Shown one piece after another: positions 17,940-27,748 of a DNA stretch of 64,000 nt; position 1 is the first letter of the stretch; each line of letters begins with the position of its first letter. Source of the stretch: Candidatus Saccharimonadota bacterium. GTDB taxonomy: Bacteria; Patescibacteriota; Saccharimonadia; Saccharimonadales; Saccharimonadaceae. The notes under the pieces are model-generated. The model worked only from the letters and a program-made list of their open reading frames with translations. It made no database searches and had not been told where the DNA came from. The translations under genes and the position numbers were made by a program. Location: positions 1,741 to 65,740 of the forward strand of contig JABCOK020000008.1 in the NCBI GenBank assembly GCA_013333645.2, written 5' to 3'.

Positions 17940-19718
17940 ATGACACAACGAATACTTGCCAACCAAACGCCGGATTACACCGGTCAAACCATCACTGTGG
18001 CCGGCTGGGTACACGCACGGCGTGACCATGGTGGCCTGATTTTTATCGACCTGCGCGACCATACTGGCCTGGTGCAGTTGGTCGTCAGCCCCGAGCAAAC
18101 TGCAGCCTTTGCCCTGGCAGCGCACGCCCGCGACGAGTACGTTCTGCGAGCCCGCGGCCAGGTGCGCCAGCGTGGTGAGGGTCTGGCCAACCCCAATATT
18201 GCCAGTGGCAGCATCGAGCTAGCCGTGAGTGACTTAGAGGTGCTGAACAAAGCCGAGACGCTGCCTATCCAGCCCTTTAGCGAGACTAACCAAGCCAGTG
18301 AAGACCTGCGCTTTACTTACCGCTACCTAGACCTGCGCCGCCCCAAGCTGCAAACGATGCTGCGCCGCCGCGCCGATATGTACCGCCGCATGCGCCAGTA
18401 TATGGACGAGCGCGATTTTATCGAAATCCAAACGCCGATTTTGGCCAATTCTAGCCCCGAGGGTGCGCGTGACTTCCTCATCCCCAGCCGCTTGCAGGAG
18501 GGTAAATTCTACGCCCTGCCACAAGCACCGCAGCAGTTCAAGCAGCTGCTGATGGTTGGTGGCGTGCCGCGCTACTACCAGCTGGCTGCTTGCTTCCGCG
18601 ACGAAGACCCGCGCGCCGACCGCCTGTATGGTGAGTTTTACCAGCTGGATCTAGAGATGAGCTTTGTGGAGGATGGTGAGCAGGTCCGCCAGATGATGGA
18701 GCCACTGATGCAACAGCTTGTGACGGACTTTGCTGGCAAAACACTGCTGGACCTCAGCAACCTCCCAGCTGGCGATGGTCAGCCTATCCCGCGCATCCCA
18801 TATCAAACTGCCATGGAAACCTACGGTAGCGACAAGCCGGATCTGCGCTTTGGTATGGAGCTGGTCGAGCTAACGGACGTGTTTGCCGACACCAAATTTG
18901 GCGTGTTCAAAAACGCTGAGTGTATTAAGGCAATCTGCGTCACAAACGGCGCATCCCTGAGCCGCAAGCAGATCGATGGCTTTACCCACATTGCCAAAGC
19001 CGAGGGCGCAGGTGGCCTGGCTTACATTACCTACCAAGATGGCGCAGCCAAGAGCCCAATTGCCAAGTTCCTGCGTGAGGAAGAGCTGGCTGCTATCCAA
19101 GCCAAGACGGGAGCCAAGGACGGCGATACAGTCTTCTTTGGGGCTGATACGCGCCCAGTAGTTAATACAGTGCTAGGGCGGCTGCGTAGTGAGTTTGCCG
19201 AGCACTTTGGCCTAAAGGACCCGCAGGTGGTGGCGCTGGCCTGGATTATCGATTTCCCATTCTACGAGTGGGATGAGCATGCGCGCAGACTAGACTTTGG
19301 TCATAATCCCTTTAGCATGCCAAAGGGTGGGCTCAGCACTTTGCAAGCCGCCCAGACGGATGATGAGAAGCTAGCCATCCTGGCCGACCAGTTCGATATG
19401 GTGATGAACGGCTACGAAATCTGCAGCGGCGGTGTGCGTAACCATAACCCGGCTGTGCTGTATGAAGTATTTGGGTTGCTCGGTTATAGCCGGCAGTATG
19501 TGGAAGAGAAGTTTGGCGCTATGCTGCGGGCCTTTACCTACGGCGCGCCGCCACACGCGGGCTGCGCCTTTGGCATTGACCGCATCCTGATGGAGCTAAT
19601 CGGCGAGCACAACGTCCGCGAAACCCTGGCCTTCCCCAAAAACGGCAGCGGTGTCGACGTCATGATGGACTCACCCGCGCAGGTAGAACCCGGGCAGCTG
19701 AAGGAGTTGGGGCTATAA
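17940..19718 (+). CDS. aspS: Aspartyl-tRNA synthetase
   Basis: OB-fold N-terminus (GWVHARRDHGGLIFIDLRD), class II motif 2 FRDEDPRADR, motif 3 region GGVRNH...GCAFGIDR. Confidence 0.93.
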   Translation: MTQRILANQTPDYTGQTITVAGWVHARRDHGGLIFIDLRDHTGLVQLVVSPEQTAAFALAAHARDEYVLRARGQVRQRGEGLANPNIASGSIELAVSDLEVLNKAETLPIQPFSETNQASEDLRFTYRYLDLRRPKLQTMLRRRADMYRRMRQYMDERDFIEIQTPILANSSPEGARDFLIPSRLQEGKFYALPQAPQQFKQLLMVGGVPRYYQLAACFRDEDPRADRLYGEFYQLDLEMSFVEDGEQVRQMMEPLMQQLVTDFAGKTLLDLSNLPAGDGQPIPRIPYQTAMETYGSDKPDLRFGMELVELTDVFADTKFGVFKNAECIKAICVTNGASLSRKQIDGFTHIAKAEGAGGLAYITYQDGAAKSPIAKFLREEELAAIQAKTGAKDGDTVFFGADTRPVVNTVLGRLRSEFAEHFGLKDPQVVALAWIIDFPFYEWDEHARRLDFGHNPFSMPKGGLSTLQAAQTDDEKLAILADQFDMVMNGYEICSGGVRNHNPAVLYEVFGLLGYSRQYVEEKFGAMLRAFTYGAPPHAGCAFGIDRILMELIGEHNVRETLAFPKNGSGVDVMMDSPAQVEPGQLKELGL

Positions 19719-19794
19719 ACAAACGAGCGATGGCTCGCTATCGTTACGAATCTGGTGCAAATGAAACAAAAGTGCACAAGGAGACAATGACCCC

Positions 19795-20223
19795 ATGAGC
19801 TGGGATCTCACCGCAATCAAAACAAAACGTCATGTCCAGTCGGTTAGTGACCTGACGGAGGAAGACTGCGTGCCGCTCGAGCGCCAGCAGATGATTGCCG
19901 AGCTAGAAAAGGCTGCCAAAGTATGTGATGCGCATCTCGATACAAGCAACCCATCGTGGCTTATTATGCAGAAGAAAGAATGGCTGATTGAATTTAGCCT
20001 GAGCAAACAGCCTAGGGAGGAGCTCATCACCATGGGGCTCCGCGTCAGAGGTAGCAGGGAGCCAACAGAAGTGTTTGCTTATCTCATCCAGGAGCTTGGC
20101 ATGCGGCTGGTGGAATGGAGCACTGGCGAGTTCCTGGATCTATCAAAGCAGAGCAGCTTCGGGCACTGGCAGGAGTGGAGTGAGCGGGTGCTGCGAGACC
20201 TTGCAAAGTCACGAAAATCATAA
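19795..20223 (+). CDS. Hypothetical protein
   Basis: 142-aa ORF with AAGGAG upstream; no motif recognised. Confidence 0.45.
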   Translation: MSWDLTAIKTKRHVQSVSDLTEEDCVPLERQQMIAELEKAAKVCDAHLDTSNPSWLIMQKKEWLIEFSLSKQPREELITMGLRVRGSREPTEVFAYLIQELGMRLVEWSTGEFLDLSKQSSFGHWQEWSERVLRDLAKSRKS

Positions 20224-20265
20224 GCGTGTTGCGAGTGTAATAAGAATAAAATAGAGACTAGCTAG

Positions 20266-20928
20266 TTACGATAGCTCTATCGTTTCTATCCGCTTATATT
20301 CCACCCCAACCTCGGCCGCCGCTGCTGTGCAAAGTGTATCAATCAATCCCTTGCCAGCGTCGCTCAAGATGGCGTCATGAAGAGGAAAAGCCAGGCGTGG
20401 CGCGACGGCCTGCAAGAAACTACATACCTCGGAGAACTTGAGCCATGGCGCAGCTACAGGCAGGGCAAGGACGTCGATAGGGCGCTGAGGCAAAGCGAAG
20501 GAATCGCCAGGGTAGTAGATACGATTGTTGATCAGCGCGGCAAGGTTGTGGAGGCGTGGAATGTCTGGGCTCACTACAGCGTGCTCGCCGCCAAAGAACT
20601 CAAGCGTGAATGGCCCGATCTGATATGTATCGCCAGGCACCGCGGCTATTGCATGGCGGACAGAGAGTGTGCCTTCTGGCAAAGATATCGTTGTACTATC
20701 TACAATGATATCATGAACACTTATAATCTCGGCTTCAGGAAATGCCTGTATAATACGCTTGATGAGCGCAGGGCTACAATGGTCGGGATGGGCATGGGTA
20801 ATGAGAACTGCCACTACCTGCTGCGGCATAGCAAAATCGTCGGTGTATACACCTGGGTCGACGACCAAGCTCTGGCCGTCAATTGTAATAGTAAAGCAAG
20901 AGTGGGCGAATTTCGTTAGTGTTGTCAT
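20266..20928 (-). CDS. MBL-fold metallo-hydrolase
   Basis: HxHxDH motif (THAHPDH); TATACT 6 nt upstream of ATG. Confidence 0.8.
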   Translation of the reverse strand: MTTLTKFAHSCFTITIDGQSLVVDPGVYTDDFAMPQQVVAVLITHAHPDHCSPALIKRIIQAFPEAEIISVHDIIVDSTTISLPEGTLSVRHAIAAVPGDTYQIGPFTLEFFGGEHAVVSPDIPRLHNLAALINNRIYYPGDSFALPQRPIDVLALPVAAPWLKFSEVCSFLQAVAPRLAFPLHDAILSDAGKGLIDTLCTAAAAEVGVEYKRIETIELS

Positions 20929-21210
20929 ATATCTAGTATAGCGGAGAAGAGGGTAAAGCGATAGGTTGCTTCTTGCCGTGGTATTGGTTAAGAATATTTG
21001 ACTGGTGTCAGTAGCTATAGGGCTCCCTATAGTAACGATACATATGTACGCTCAAAAATCGCTTCCCAGTGTAAGAACTGAGAAGTTTAGCCATGGCGTA
21101 GTAGTAATTTCTGATATTTCACAGACAGAATAGTAGGCAGGAGGGAGATAGTCCTGAAAGTAAGCTAGGAAACCATTGTGCTACCACCAGGAATGTGACA
21201 TTATAGCTGT

Positions 21211-21792
21211 ATGAATAAAACCATTCTCTTTGTGCCGGGCTTCCAAGAAGGGCGCGCCGACCGTGATTACGATACACTGATGAACCGCTGGCGAGCAATG
21301 GGCTACGCAGTGGAATTTGTACCAATTCAATGGCATCGCACTATGCAAAAACAGTGGTTGCAGACGCTACAAGAGCGGTATCAGCAGTATGATCCAGTTG
21401 AGACTATTCTGGCTGGTTTCTCATTTGGGGCGTGCATTGCGTTCTTAGCGGCGTGTGAGCAAGCACCAAGTGAGCTGTGGCTCTTCTCGCTGTCACCATC
21501 ATTTGCAGAGTGTGCAGAGTATTGGTCTAAGCGTGACTGGCGCGTGATAGGTAAGCGGCGGCTCGAATATGCCAAGCAGGTGAGCTTGGTAGCGGCTGCG
21601 CAGCGTATCGCCTGCCCTGCGCAGATTTTCGTTGGCTCGGAGGAGTTTATTAAGTGGCCAGAGATGAAACTTGTCTTTGATACTGCCGTGCAACATATCC
21701 CCACCGTCCACGGCACAGTGGTAGAAGGCGCTGGGCATGCGGTAGATGATCCGCGGTATGTGGCGGCAGTGTGCGACGCAATAGAGCGATAG
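21211..21792 (+). CDS. Small alpha/beta hydrolase (YdeN-like)
   Basis: ~190 aa, nucleophile elbow GFSFGA, C-terminal GAGH. Confidence 0.6.
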   Translation: MNKTILFVPGFQEGRADRDYDTLMNRWRAMGYAVEFVPIQWHRTMQKQWLQTLQERYQQYDPVETILAGFSFGACIAFLAACEQAPSELWLFSLSPSFAECAEYWSKRDWRVIGKRRLEYAKQVSLVAAAQRIACPAQIFVGSEEFIKWPEMKLVFDTAVQHIPTVHGTVVEGAGHAVDDPRYVAAVCDAIER

Positions 21793-21838
21793 TTATGGAA
21801 CTACGCTAGCCGTTTCCTGGCTAGCGTGAGCTCTAGCT

Positions 21839-22786
21839 TTATCGTATGTGCTTTGTCTCTACATCCTGCCAGTCGCTGTTGTGCCGTAGCTCGGCGTTGT
21901 CACCAGAGAAGACCGCTTTCGCTTCAGTGTTGTCGCTCAGCGTCCAGAGGAACCAAGCGGTCATGTAGGCATCGCCATATTCGAGGACATCTTTGTGCCC
22001 AACGGTCTTGCGCCGCGCGATGACGCTTGGTTTGTCTGTATTAAGAGCGCGGAAATTCTGCTGTAAGTCGCCCAGTGGGCTAATGGCGAGGTTGTCGCTT
22101 GGGCCAGTGCCAGCCATCATGTAGGTGGCTGTCTTGAGCTTGCTGGTGTCGTAGTGCCAGTTGTTGTCGTTTGCGGTGCCATGGCCGACGGCGCTAGCAG
22201 TGTAGAGGGAGGTATAGCGGTTACTATTGCCGTATTTTGTGGCGGCATTGATAGCACCAGCTCCGCCTTGGGAATGCCCAGCAATACCGATCTTGCTCGT
22301 ATTGACGAATCCCTTGATGGGGCTATCCTCTGCAGTGTTGAGCTCTAGTGCAGTATCAAGCATGGTCGATGTCGTTGCACCAGTGCCTGGCCAGCCATCC
22401 TCATTACCAATGACAACAAAACCCCAGCTGGCCAAATGCTCGAAGATTGGCGCATAAGTAGACGCGTAGGTGGCGGTGCCATTGACCATCAGCACAAGTG
22501 GGAAGGTTTGGTCTGGAGCAGTGCGCTGTGGGGTGTAGATATGATACTCTTTGATGGCTGTGCTATCGCTGTGATGAGTGTGGTGTGCGACGCGGTAGGG
22601 GCCTGGCTTAGTATAGCGTTGCTCTAATGTACTACTAGGGCTCAATTTCGCAGCATAATCCTTTGCCACGCCGTCATCGCCAGTGATACTTTGGTTGAGA
22701 TAGTTCATATAAAGCACAAGCAGCACAAAGCACACGAAGAGTATTGCTATGATGATACCCAGAATTTTCAGAAGCTTTTTCGCCAT
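21839..22786 (-). CDS. Membrane-anchored secreted alpha/beta hydrolase (lipase/cutinase/dienelactone-hydrolase-like)
   Basis: N-terminal anchor KLLKILGIIIAILFVCFVLLV; nucleophile elbow GHSQGG. Confidence 0.7.
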   Translation of the reverse strand: MAKKLLKILGIIIAILFVCFVLLVLYMNYLNQSITGDDGVAKDYAAKLSPSSTLEQRYTKPGPYRVAHHTHHSDSTAIKEYHIYTPQRTAPDQTFPLVLMVNGTATYASTYAPIFEHLASWGFVVIGNEDGWPGTGATTSTMLDTALELNTAEDSPIKGFVNTSKIGIAGHSQGGAGAINAATKYGNSNRYTSLYTASAVGHGTANDNNWHYDTSKLKTATYMMAGTGPSDNLAISPLGDLQQNFRALNTDKPSVIARRKTVGHKDVLEYGDAYMTAWFLWTLSDNTEAKAVFSGDNAELRHNSDWQDVETKHIR

Positions 22787-22992
22787 CGGTATGTCCTTAT
22801 TCGGTTCAATAATACTAGTAATATTATCTACTATACACCGGGTGCATAGTAATGGCAAGGGAGAGTAATTTCTCTTTTGCTCGGTATATTTTGGCTGTGT
22901 TAGTAAGAGATTAAGTGGCTTTATCCCTCAGTTATAGCAATGAAGCGCCTAAGCATTGCACTCACAAGAGCCAACGGTATATACTGATGAGC

Positions 22993-23766
22993 ATGTACGA
23001 ACAAGAACTTCATACCGCGCAGCGGATTGCTCGCGAGGCGGGCGATATTATGCGCCGCTATTTTGATGGCGACCAACAGCGCCAGACCAAGGCGGATGGC
23101 ACGCCAGTGACAATTGCCGATACAACAATCAACTCGCTGGTGATCCAACGCCTCCACGAGACCTTCCCGGACGATGGCGTCATTGGCGAAGAGGAGAGCA
23201 CGACGGGCTATGGCCTCGGGCGGAAGTGGTTGTGTGACCCTGTCGACGGCACAAAGGCCTTTACCTGGGGTGTGCCCACAGCAATGTTTTCGCTTGCGTT
23301 AGTGGTTGATGGTGTGCCAACCGTCGGCGTTGGCTATGAACCAATGACAGATCGGCTCTACTGGGCAGTACGTGGCCATGGTGCCTTTTGCAACGGTACG
23401 CGGCTGCAGGTGAATCACCAGACGCTTACAGAGGGGGTCTTTGCTGCGTCGTGTAGCTATGCAAATATCCGTCGCCATGAATATTATGATAAGCTGATCG
23501 AACGCAAGGTGAGTACAGCAAGCATTAGTGGTGCAGTAGCCAAGAGTGTTCGCGTGGCTGAGGGGCGCTTCGTTGGGTATTATGCCGAGAAGGTGAATGC
23601 GTATGATATGGCAGCAGTGCACGTTATTGTTGAGGAGGCTGGTGGTAAGATGACGAGTGTATCGGGCCAGCCGCTTAATTATGCGCAGCCATTTTGTGGT
23701 GCGCTTGTGTCTAATGGCGCTGTGCACGATGAGCTGATGGCAATAGTGCACGATGAGTGCTCATAA
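22993..23766 (+). CDS. Inositol monophosphatase family protein
   Basis: IMPase motifs GEEE and WLCDPVDGTKAF; TATACT 7 nt before ATG 22993. Confidence 0.8.
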   Translation: MYEQELHTAQRIAREAGDIMRRYFDGDQQRQTKADGTPVTIADTTINSLVIQRLHETFPDDGVIGEEESTTGYGLGRKWLCDPVDGTKAFTWGVPTAMFSLALVVDGVPTVGVGYEPMTDRLYWAVRGHGAFCNGTRLQVNHQTLTEGVFAASCSYANIRRHEYYDKLIERKVSTASISGAVAKSVRVAEGRFVGYYAEKVNAYDMAAVHVIVEEAGGKMTSVSGQPLNYAQPFCGALVSNGAVHDELMAIVHDECS

Positions 23767-24993
23767 ATACCGCACGCTACCAAATGGTATTTTGCGCTTC
23801 ATCTGCGTGGCAATGCCGAGAGTATCGGCTGGCTGGACGGTGTGTGGGCCGTAGAATTGGTTGATCTCGTCGATTGCAGCAGTGAGAGCGTGGCGAGCTG
23901 ATGGGTCGTCGAAGAGTGCGAGCTGTGCGTCTGTCTCGCTCGTAAGAAGATAACACGACATGCCAATCTCATAGGCGGGCAGTGGCATCGATTGGGTGAG
24001 TCGCTTGACGATATGAAAGAGCGTGGTGCCATCACACAGTGGATGCTCGCGGCGCTCGTGGTTGTGCCAGCGGCCTGTTTGATAACTTTTGGCATAGAGG
24101 CGCACACCACGGGCGCGCACGTATTGCTGCCGGAGCGCAGCCGCGATGTCTTCGCAGAGGACGTGGAAGCGGCGCAAGACTTGATCGTAATTGAGGTTTG
24201 GCTGATCAAGGACGAACTGTCGCCCGACTGTCTTAAGCGGGCGCTCATCACTATCTACCTCCCAACCGCGCAGCCGCTTATACCAGTCGCGTCCTGGCTT
24301 GCCATGAAACACCATGTGCTCGAGCGTTGCTTCGCTTGCGGCCAGAAAGTCCAGTGGTGTCTGGATACCAACCTGGTGGAGGCGCTTGCTGTAGCCAGTG
24401 GCAATACCAGTGAGGTCTTCGAGCGATAGCGTAGCGAGTACTGCGTGGAGATTATCTGCAGTGATGCAAGTCAGGCCGTCGGGCTTATTGATACCGGCAG
24501 CAATCTTAGCTAGCCAGCGGTTGGTGCCAATGCCAACATTGCAGCGCATGTAGTCGCCAACCTCGCGACGGAGGCGCTGCTTGATCTCCTGGCCAATCGC
24601 CAGTGCGCCGCGTGCTCGGATGTCAGGTGGGCTTTGGCTTAGGTCGATCACCCCTTCATCAATGCTTTTCATGGTGGCACTGGGCGAGTAGTCGCTGAGG
24701 ATGGTTGCAAGTCGGTGGTAGACATAGCGATACTTGGGTGGATCGCTTTCTAGCGGAACAATATCAGGGCAAAGTAGCCGCGCTGCGGGTAAGCGCATAC
24801 CGGTGTGTACGCCACGCGCTTTGGCTTCGTAGCTTGCGGTGACGATAGCCGCATGCTGGTTACGCCGATTAACAATAACAACTGGCCGGTGGCGGAGTAA
24901 CGGCCGAGATTGCTGCTCGATCGTGGCAAAGCAGCTATTGAGATCAATATGCATCATCAGTGGTGGGGCGGGATTGATATTGCTATGAGACAT
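23761..24993 (-). CDS. dinB: Y-family DNA polymerase IV
   Basis: N-terminal MHIDLNSCFATIEQ, palm/finger motifs, ~410 aa. Confidence 0.85.
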   Translation of the reverse strand: MSHSNINPAPPLMMHIDLNSCFATIEQQSRPLLRHRPVVIVNRRNQHAAIVTASYEAKARGVHTGMRLPAARLLCPDIVPLESDPPKYRYVYHRLATILSDYSPSATMKSIDEGVIDLSQSPPDIRARGALAIGQEIKQRLRREVGDYMRCNVGIGTNRWLAKIAAGINKPDGLTCITADNLHAVLATLSLEDLTGIATGYSKRLHQVGIQTPLDFLAASEATLEHMVFHGKPGRDWYKRLRGWEVDSDERPLKTVGRQFVLDQPNLNYDQVLRRFHVLCEDIAAALRQQYVRARGVRLYAKSYQTGRWHNHERREHPLCDGTTLFHIVKRLTQSMPLPAYEIGMSCYLLTSETDAQLALFDDPSARHALTAAIDEINQFYGPHTVQPADTLGIATQMKRKIPFGSVRYL

Positions 24994-25249
24994 GATCGGC
25001 CTCGCGTGTGAGCCGCCATACTAGTGTGATACTGTCAAACTCGAGGCGGTAATCAGCCTGCTCATCTGTCACATCGAAGATATGCACCGTGCGTGCACCG
25101 CGCTGATGCTCGAAGCCTAGGCCAATTCGCCTGATCGTCACTTCCTGGCCATTGCCCCGCCGAAATTTGACTGGCTGACATGGCTGGTGCCCACGCCGAA
25201 AAATCGCTACCACCTCCACGACTTCATCAAGATATAGTTCATCATCCAT
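24983..25249 (-). CDS. Hypothetical 88-aa protein overlapping the dinB start
   Basis: TATACT 7 nt upstream of ATG 25249; stop overlaps the dinB start by 11 nt. Confidence 0.5.
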   Translation of the reverse strand: MDDELYLDEVVEVVAIFRRGHQPCQPVKFRRGNGQEVTIRRIGLGFEHQRGARTVHIFDVTDEQADYRLEFDSITLVWRLTREADHVS

Positions 25250-25591
25250 TGTTCTTAGTATAGCGCATGAGCTAGACATGGTCGACGAGTGGGAACATAG
25301 TAACAGAGGTAGAGTGTGCTTATAGCTAAGCGATGCATTGTGTATTGCTTGGCTGGTGTTTCATGTGACTTGCTTCTACTTCGCAAGAAAACATCTGCGG
25401 AGGCGAATAGAAGCTAACCTTTTACATAGGGCTAAAGGAAAAATGACGCATAGTTCTTACACACTGTATTGCCTCGCACAAGAGCATAGTGAAGACGAAG
25501 AAGGGGATATTTTACAAAACCAACAATGCCGGCTGTCCTTGGCTCAGTTGTCACGATAAGCTAATGCAACAGAGCTGCGCAGCTCAGAAAA

Positions 25592-25768
25592 TTATTTCTG
25601 CTTCTTGCGGCTCTCGATAAACATCATAATAAGCCAGATAATGACGACGATTGCTGCGAGCGAGAGTAGTCCGTTGATGATCCATGCAGCTAACTTTAGT
25701 GCAGCACCAAGCAGCCATGCGGCAATAATGACGATAGCGATTGTGAGAATAAGTCGAGATAGTTTCAT
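25592..25768 (-). CDS. Small (58 aa) two-TM membrane protein, not in the ORF track
   Basis: Reverse strand reads MKLSRLILTIAIVIIAAWLLGAALKLAAWIINGLLSLAAIVVIIWLIMMFIESRKKQK*. The + strand ORF 25605..25817 is its mirror. Confidence 0.5.
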   Translation of the reverse strand: MKLSRLILTIAIVIIAAWLLGAALKLAAWIINGLLSLAAIVVIIWLIMMFIESRKKQK

Positions 25769-25789
25769 CCTTCTAGTATACTATACTCT

Positions 25790-26545
25790 ATGGACACAGC
25801 GCAATTTCAGGCCATGATATGGCACAAAGCCAAGCAGCTCTACCGCCCTATGCCGTGGCGTAGCCAGCCAACGCTATACTATGTGCTGGTCAGTGAGCTG
25901 ATGCTGCAGCAGACGCAGGTAGCGCGAGTGCTACCTAAGTTTGCCGAGTTTACTACCCGCTTCCCGACTATCGAGGCCTTGGCGGCCGCCCAGCTACCGG
26001 CGGTGCTGCAGGCATGGCAGGGCTTGGGGTATAATCGCCGAGCCAAGTATCTCCACAGCGCGGCGCAGGCGATTGCTGCTGGTGCACCTATTGCGACGCA
26101 GGCCGACCTTATAGCATTGCCTGGTGTTGGTGTAAATACCGCTGGAGCTATCATGAACTATGTGTACCAGGTCCCAACCGCCTTTGTAGAGACTAATATC
26201 CGCACGGTGTATTTTAATCACTTTTTTGCTGGGCAGGAGCGCGTGGCAGATAGGGATGTGCTGGCGCTGGTGGAGCAGACAATGGATAAGGGGCAGCCCC
26301 GCCAGTGGTTCTGGGCGCTGATGGACTACGGCGCTGAGCTGAAGGCGGCAGGTAAGGGTCAGCTCAGTACCAGCCGGCACTACACGCGGCAGTCGCGCTT
26401 TGCTGGCAGCCTGCGCCAAATGCGGGGTGAAATTGTGCGGCGCATGGCACAGGGGCAACCACTGAGTGCCATTACCCAGGAGCTGCAGGGTGACCCGCGT
26501 TTTGCTGCTGCGCTGGATGGACTACGGAAGGATGGGCTGGTATGA
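25790..26545 (+). CDS. HhH-GPD base-excision glycosylase, MutY/Nth-like, without Fe-S cluster cysteines
   Basis: LMLQQTQV, GLGYNRRA, HhH LPGVGVNTAGAI; no Cys cluster and no MutT-like C-terminal domain. Confidence 0.75.
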   Translation: MDTAQFQAMIWHKAKQLYRPMPWRSQPTLYYVLVSELMLQQTQVARVLPKFAEFTTRFPTIEALAAAQLPAVLQAWQGLGYNRRAKYLHSAAQAIAAGAPIATQADLIALPGVGVNTAGAIMNYVYQVPTAFVETNIRTVYFNHFFAGQERVADRDVLALVEQTMDKGQPRQWFWALMDYGAELKAAGKGQLSTSRHYTRQSRFAGSLRQMRGEIVRRMAQGQPLSAITQELQGDPRFAAALDGLRKDGLV

Positions 26546-26844
26546 GTGAGTTGGTACTCACGCGAGCAGAGGCCATCGCGCTATGTCACACGTGGGCGCG
26601 GATGCTTCGCCGCGAGTATACAATCGACATGCTGGTAAATGACTACGGCGATGGAGTGCTTATGTCTGACCAGCTAGCCTATCCGCTCGAGATGCAGCCA
26701 TGGATCACGCCAGAGGCAGAGCCGCTCCTCTGGGCGATTCGCGACCATGCAGTAGATGTCGATATTGACCACACCCGGCGAGCTGATTGGGAGAAGTTAC
26801 TGGAGCTGATCGATCAGTTGCCAAAGAATGGTGCGGCAAAATGA
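26542..26844 (+). CDS. Hypothetical protein (4-nt overlap with the glycosylase gene)
   Basis: 100-aa ORF, ATGA overlap suggests coupling. Confidence 0.45.
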   Translation: MSELVLTRAEAIALCHTWARMLRREYTIDMLVNDYGDGVLMSDQLAYPLEMQPWITPEAEPLLWAIRDHAVDVDIDHTRRADWEKLLELIDQLPKNGAAK

Positions 26845-27017
26845 GCAGAGATGCCAAGCTTATTTCTAGAGTGTGACGAAACCAGCCATTATGATTTAAT
26901 GACTATGCCATAAACAATGATGAACATTCACTAAATATATTCATATCCATAAAACTTAGCAAGTTATAGAAGAAAGATAAATAACAGAGGTGGAATCATT
27001 AGAATTGTGAGCAGCTC

Positions 27018-27560
27018 TTACAGTTGCACACCCAGCCACCCAGCGAGCACTGTTCCAGCGCCATAGGCCAGGGCAGCAGCGATAGCACCGAGGGCAAGCG
27101 TTTGCAGGGCAGCAACGAGTGGATTCTCACCACCAACTTTACCCTTGACATAGCCAATTGCTACAAAGGTGAGCGCCGTAGCTCCCGAGCTGATGTAAAA
27201 CAGCAGAGGATGAGCCGCGCTCGAGCCGCGTGCCAGCACATGGGCAAGATAGGGGATAACAGGCACACTACCAACAGCGACAAAGGCAGCAAAGGTCATG
27301 AAGCCGATGATTTTTGGTGAGGCGCGTTTGCTTGTATTGCGTGCTGACTCGTCGTGCTCAGCGCTGGCTGCGAGGTAGGCGCTAGCACCCATCGAGAAGC
27401 CATCGGCAATAAGGTTGGCTGCGCCCAGCACCAAGATAATTGCACTCGAGATACCCGCGCCAGCACTGGCTGCTACCACAGCAAAGGTTGTGACGGTACC
27501 ATCGACTGCACCATAGACAAATTCAGAAATATAACGTTTGAGGACAGGTTTCATATTCAT
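27018..27560 (-). CDS. VIT1/CCC1-family membrane protein
   Basis: YISEFVYGAVDGTVTTFAVVAASAGAG motif plus C-terminal TM helices. Confidence 0.75.
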   Translation of the reverse strand: MNMKPVLKRYISEFVYGAVDGTVTTFAVVAASAGAGISSAIILVLGAANLIADGFSMGASAYLAASAEHDESARNTSKRASPKIIGFMTFAAFVAVGSVPVIPYLAHVLARGSSAAHPLLFYISSGATALTFVAIGYVKGKVGGENPLVAALQTLALGAIAAALAYGAGTVLAGWLGVQL

Positions 27561-27748
27561 AACTTGGTTAGTATAGCATAGTGTGGTGCAAATGCAAAAG
27601 CGAGCAGCCAGTGGAGGCATGATGAAGATCACAAGATGGAGGTAATGGGCGTCTCACCACTGAGGTAATTAATGAATATCTGAGCAGAATGTTCATTGTA
27701 ACAGTGTGCAAGATAAGTATAGGGCAATAGATAAGCTACAAATCTAGC

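Noticed and set aside
25605-25817. 70-aa + strand ORF in the track.
   Set aside because: The opposite strand encodes a clean 58-aa two-TM protein with start and stop (25592-25768). The + ORF also overlaps the start of the glycosylase gene at 25790.
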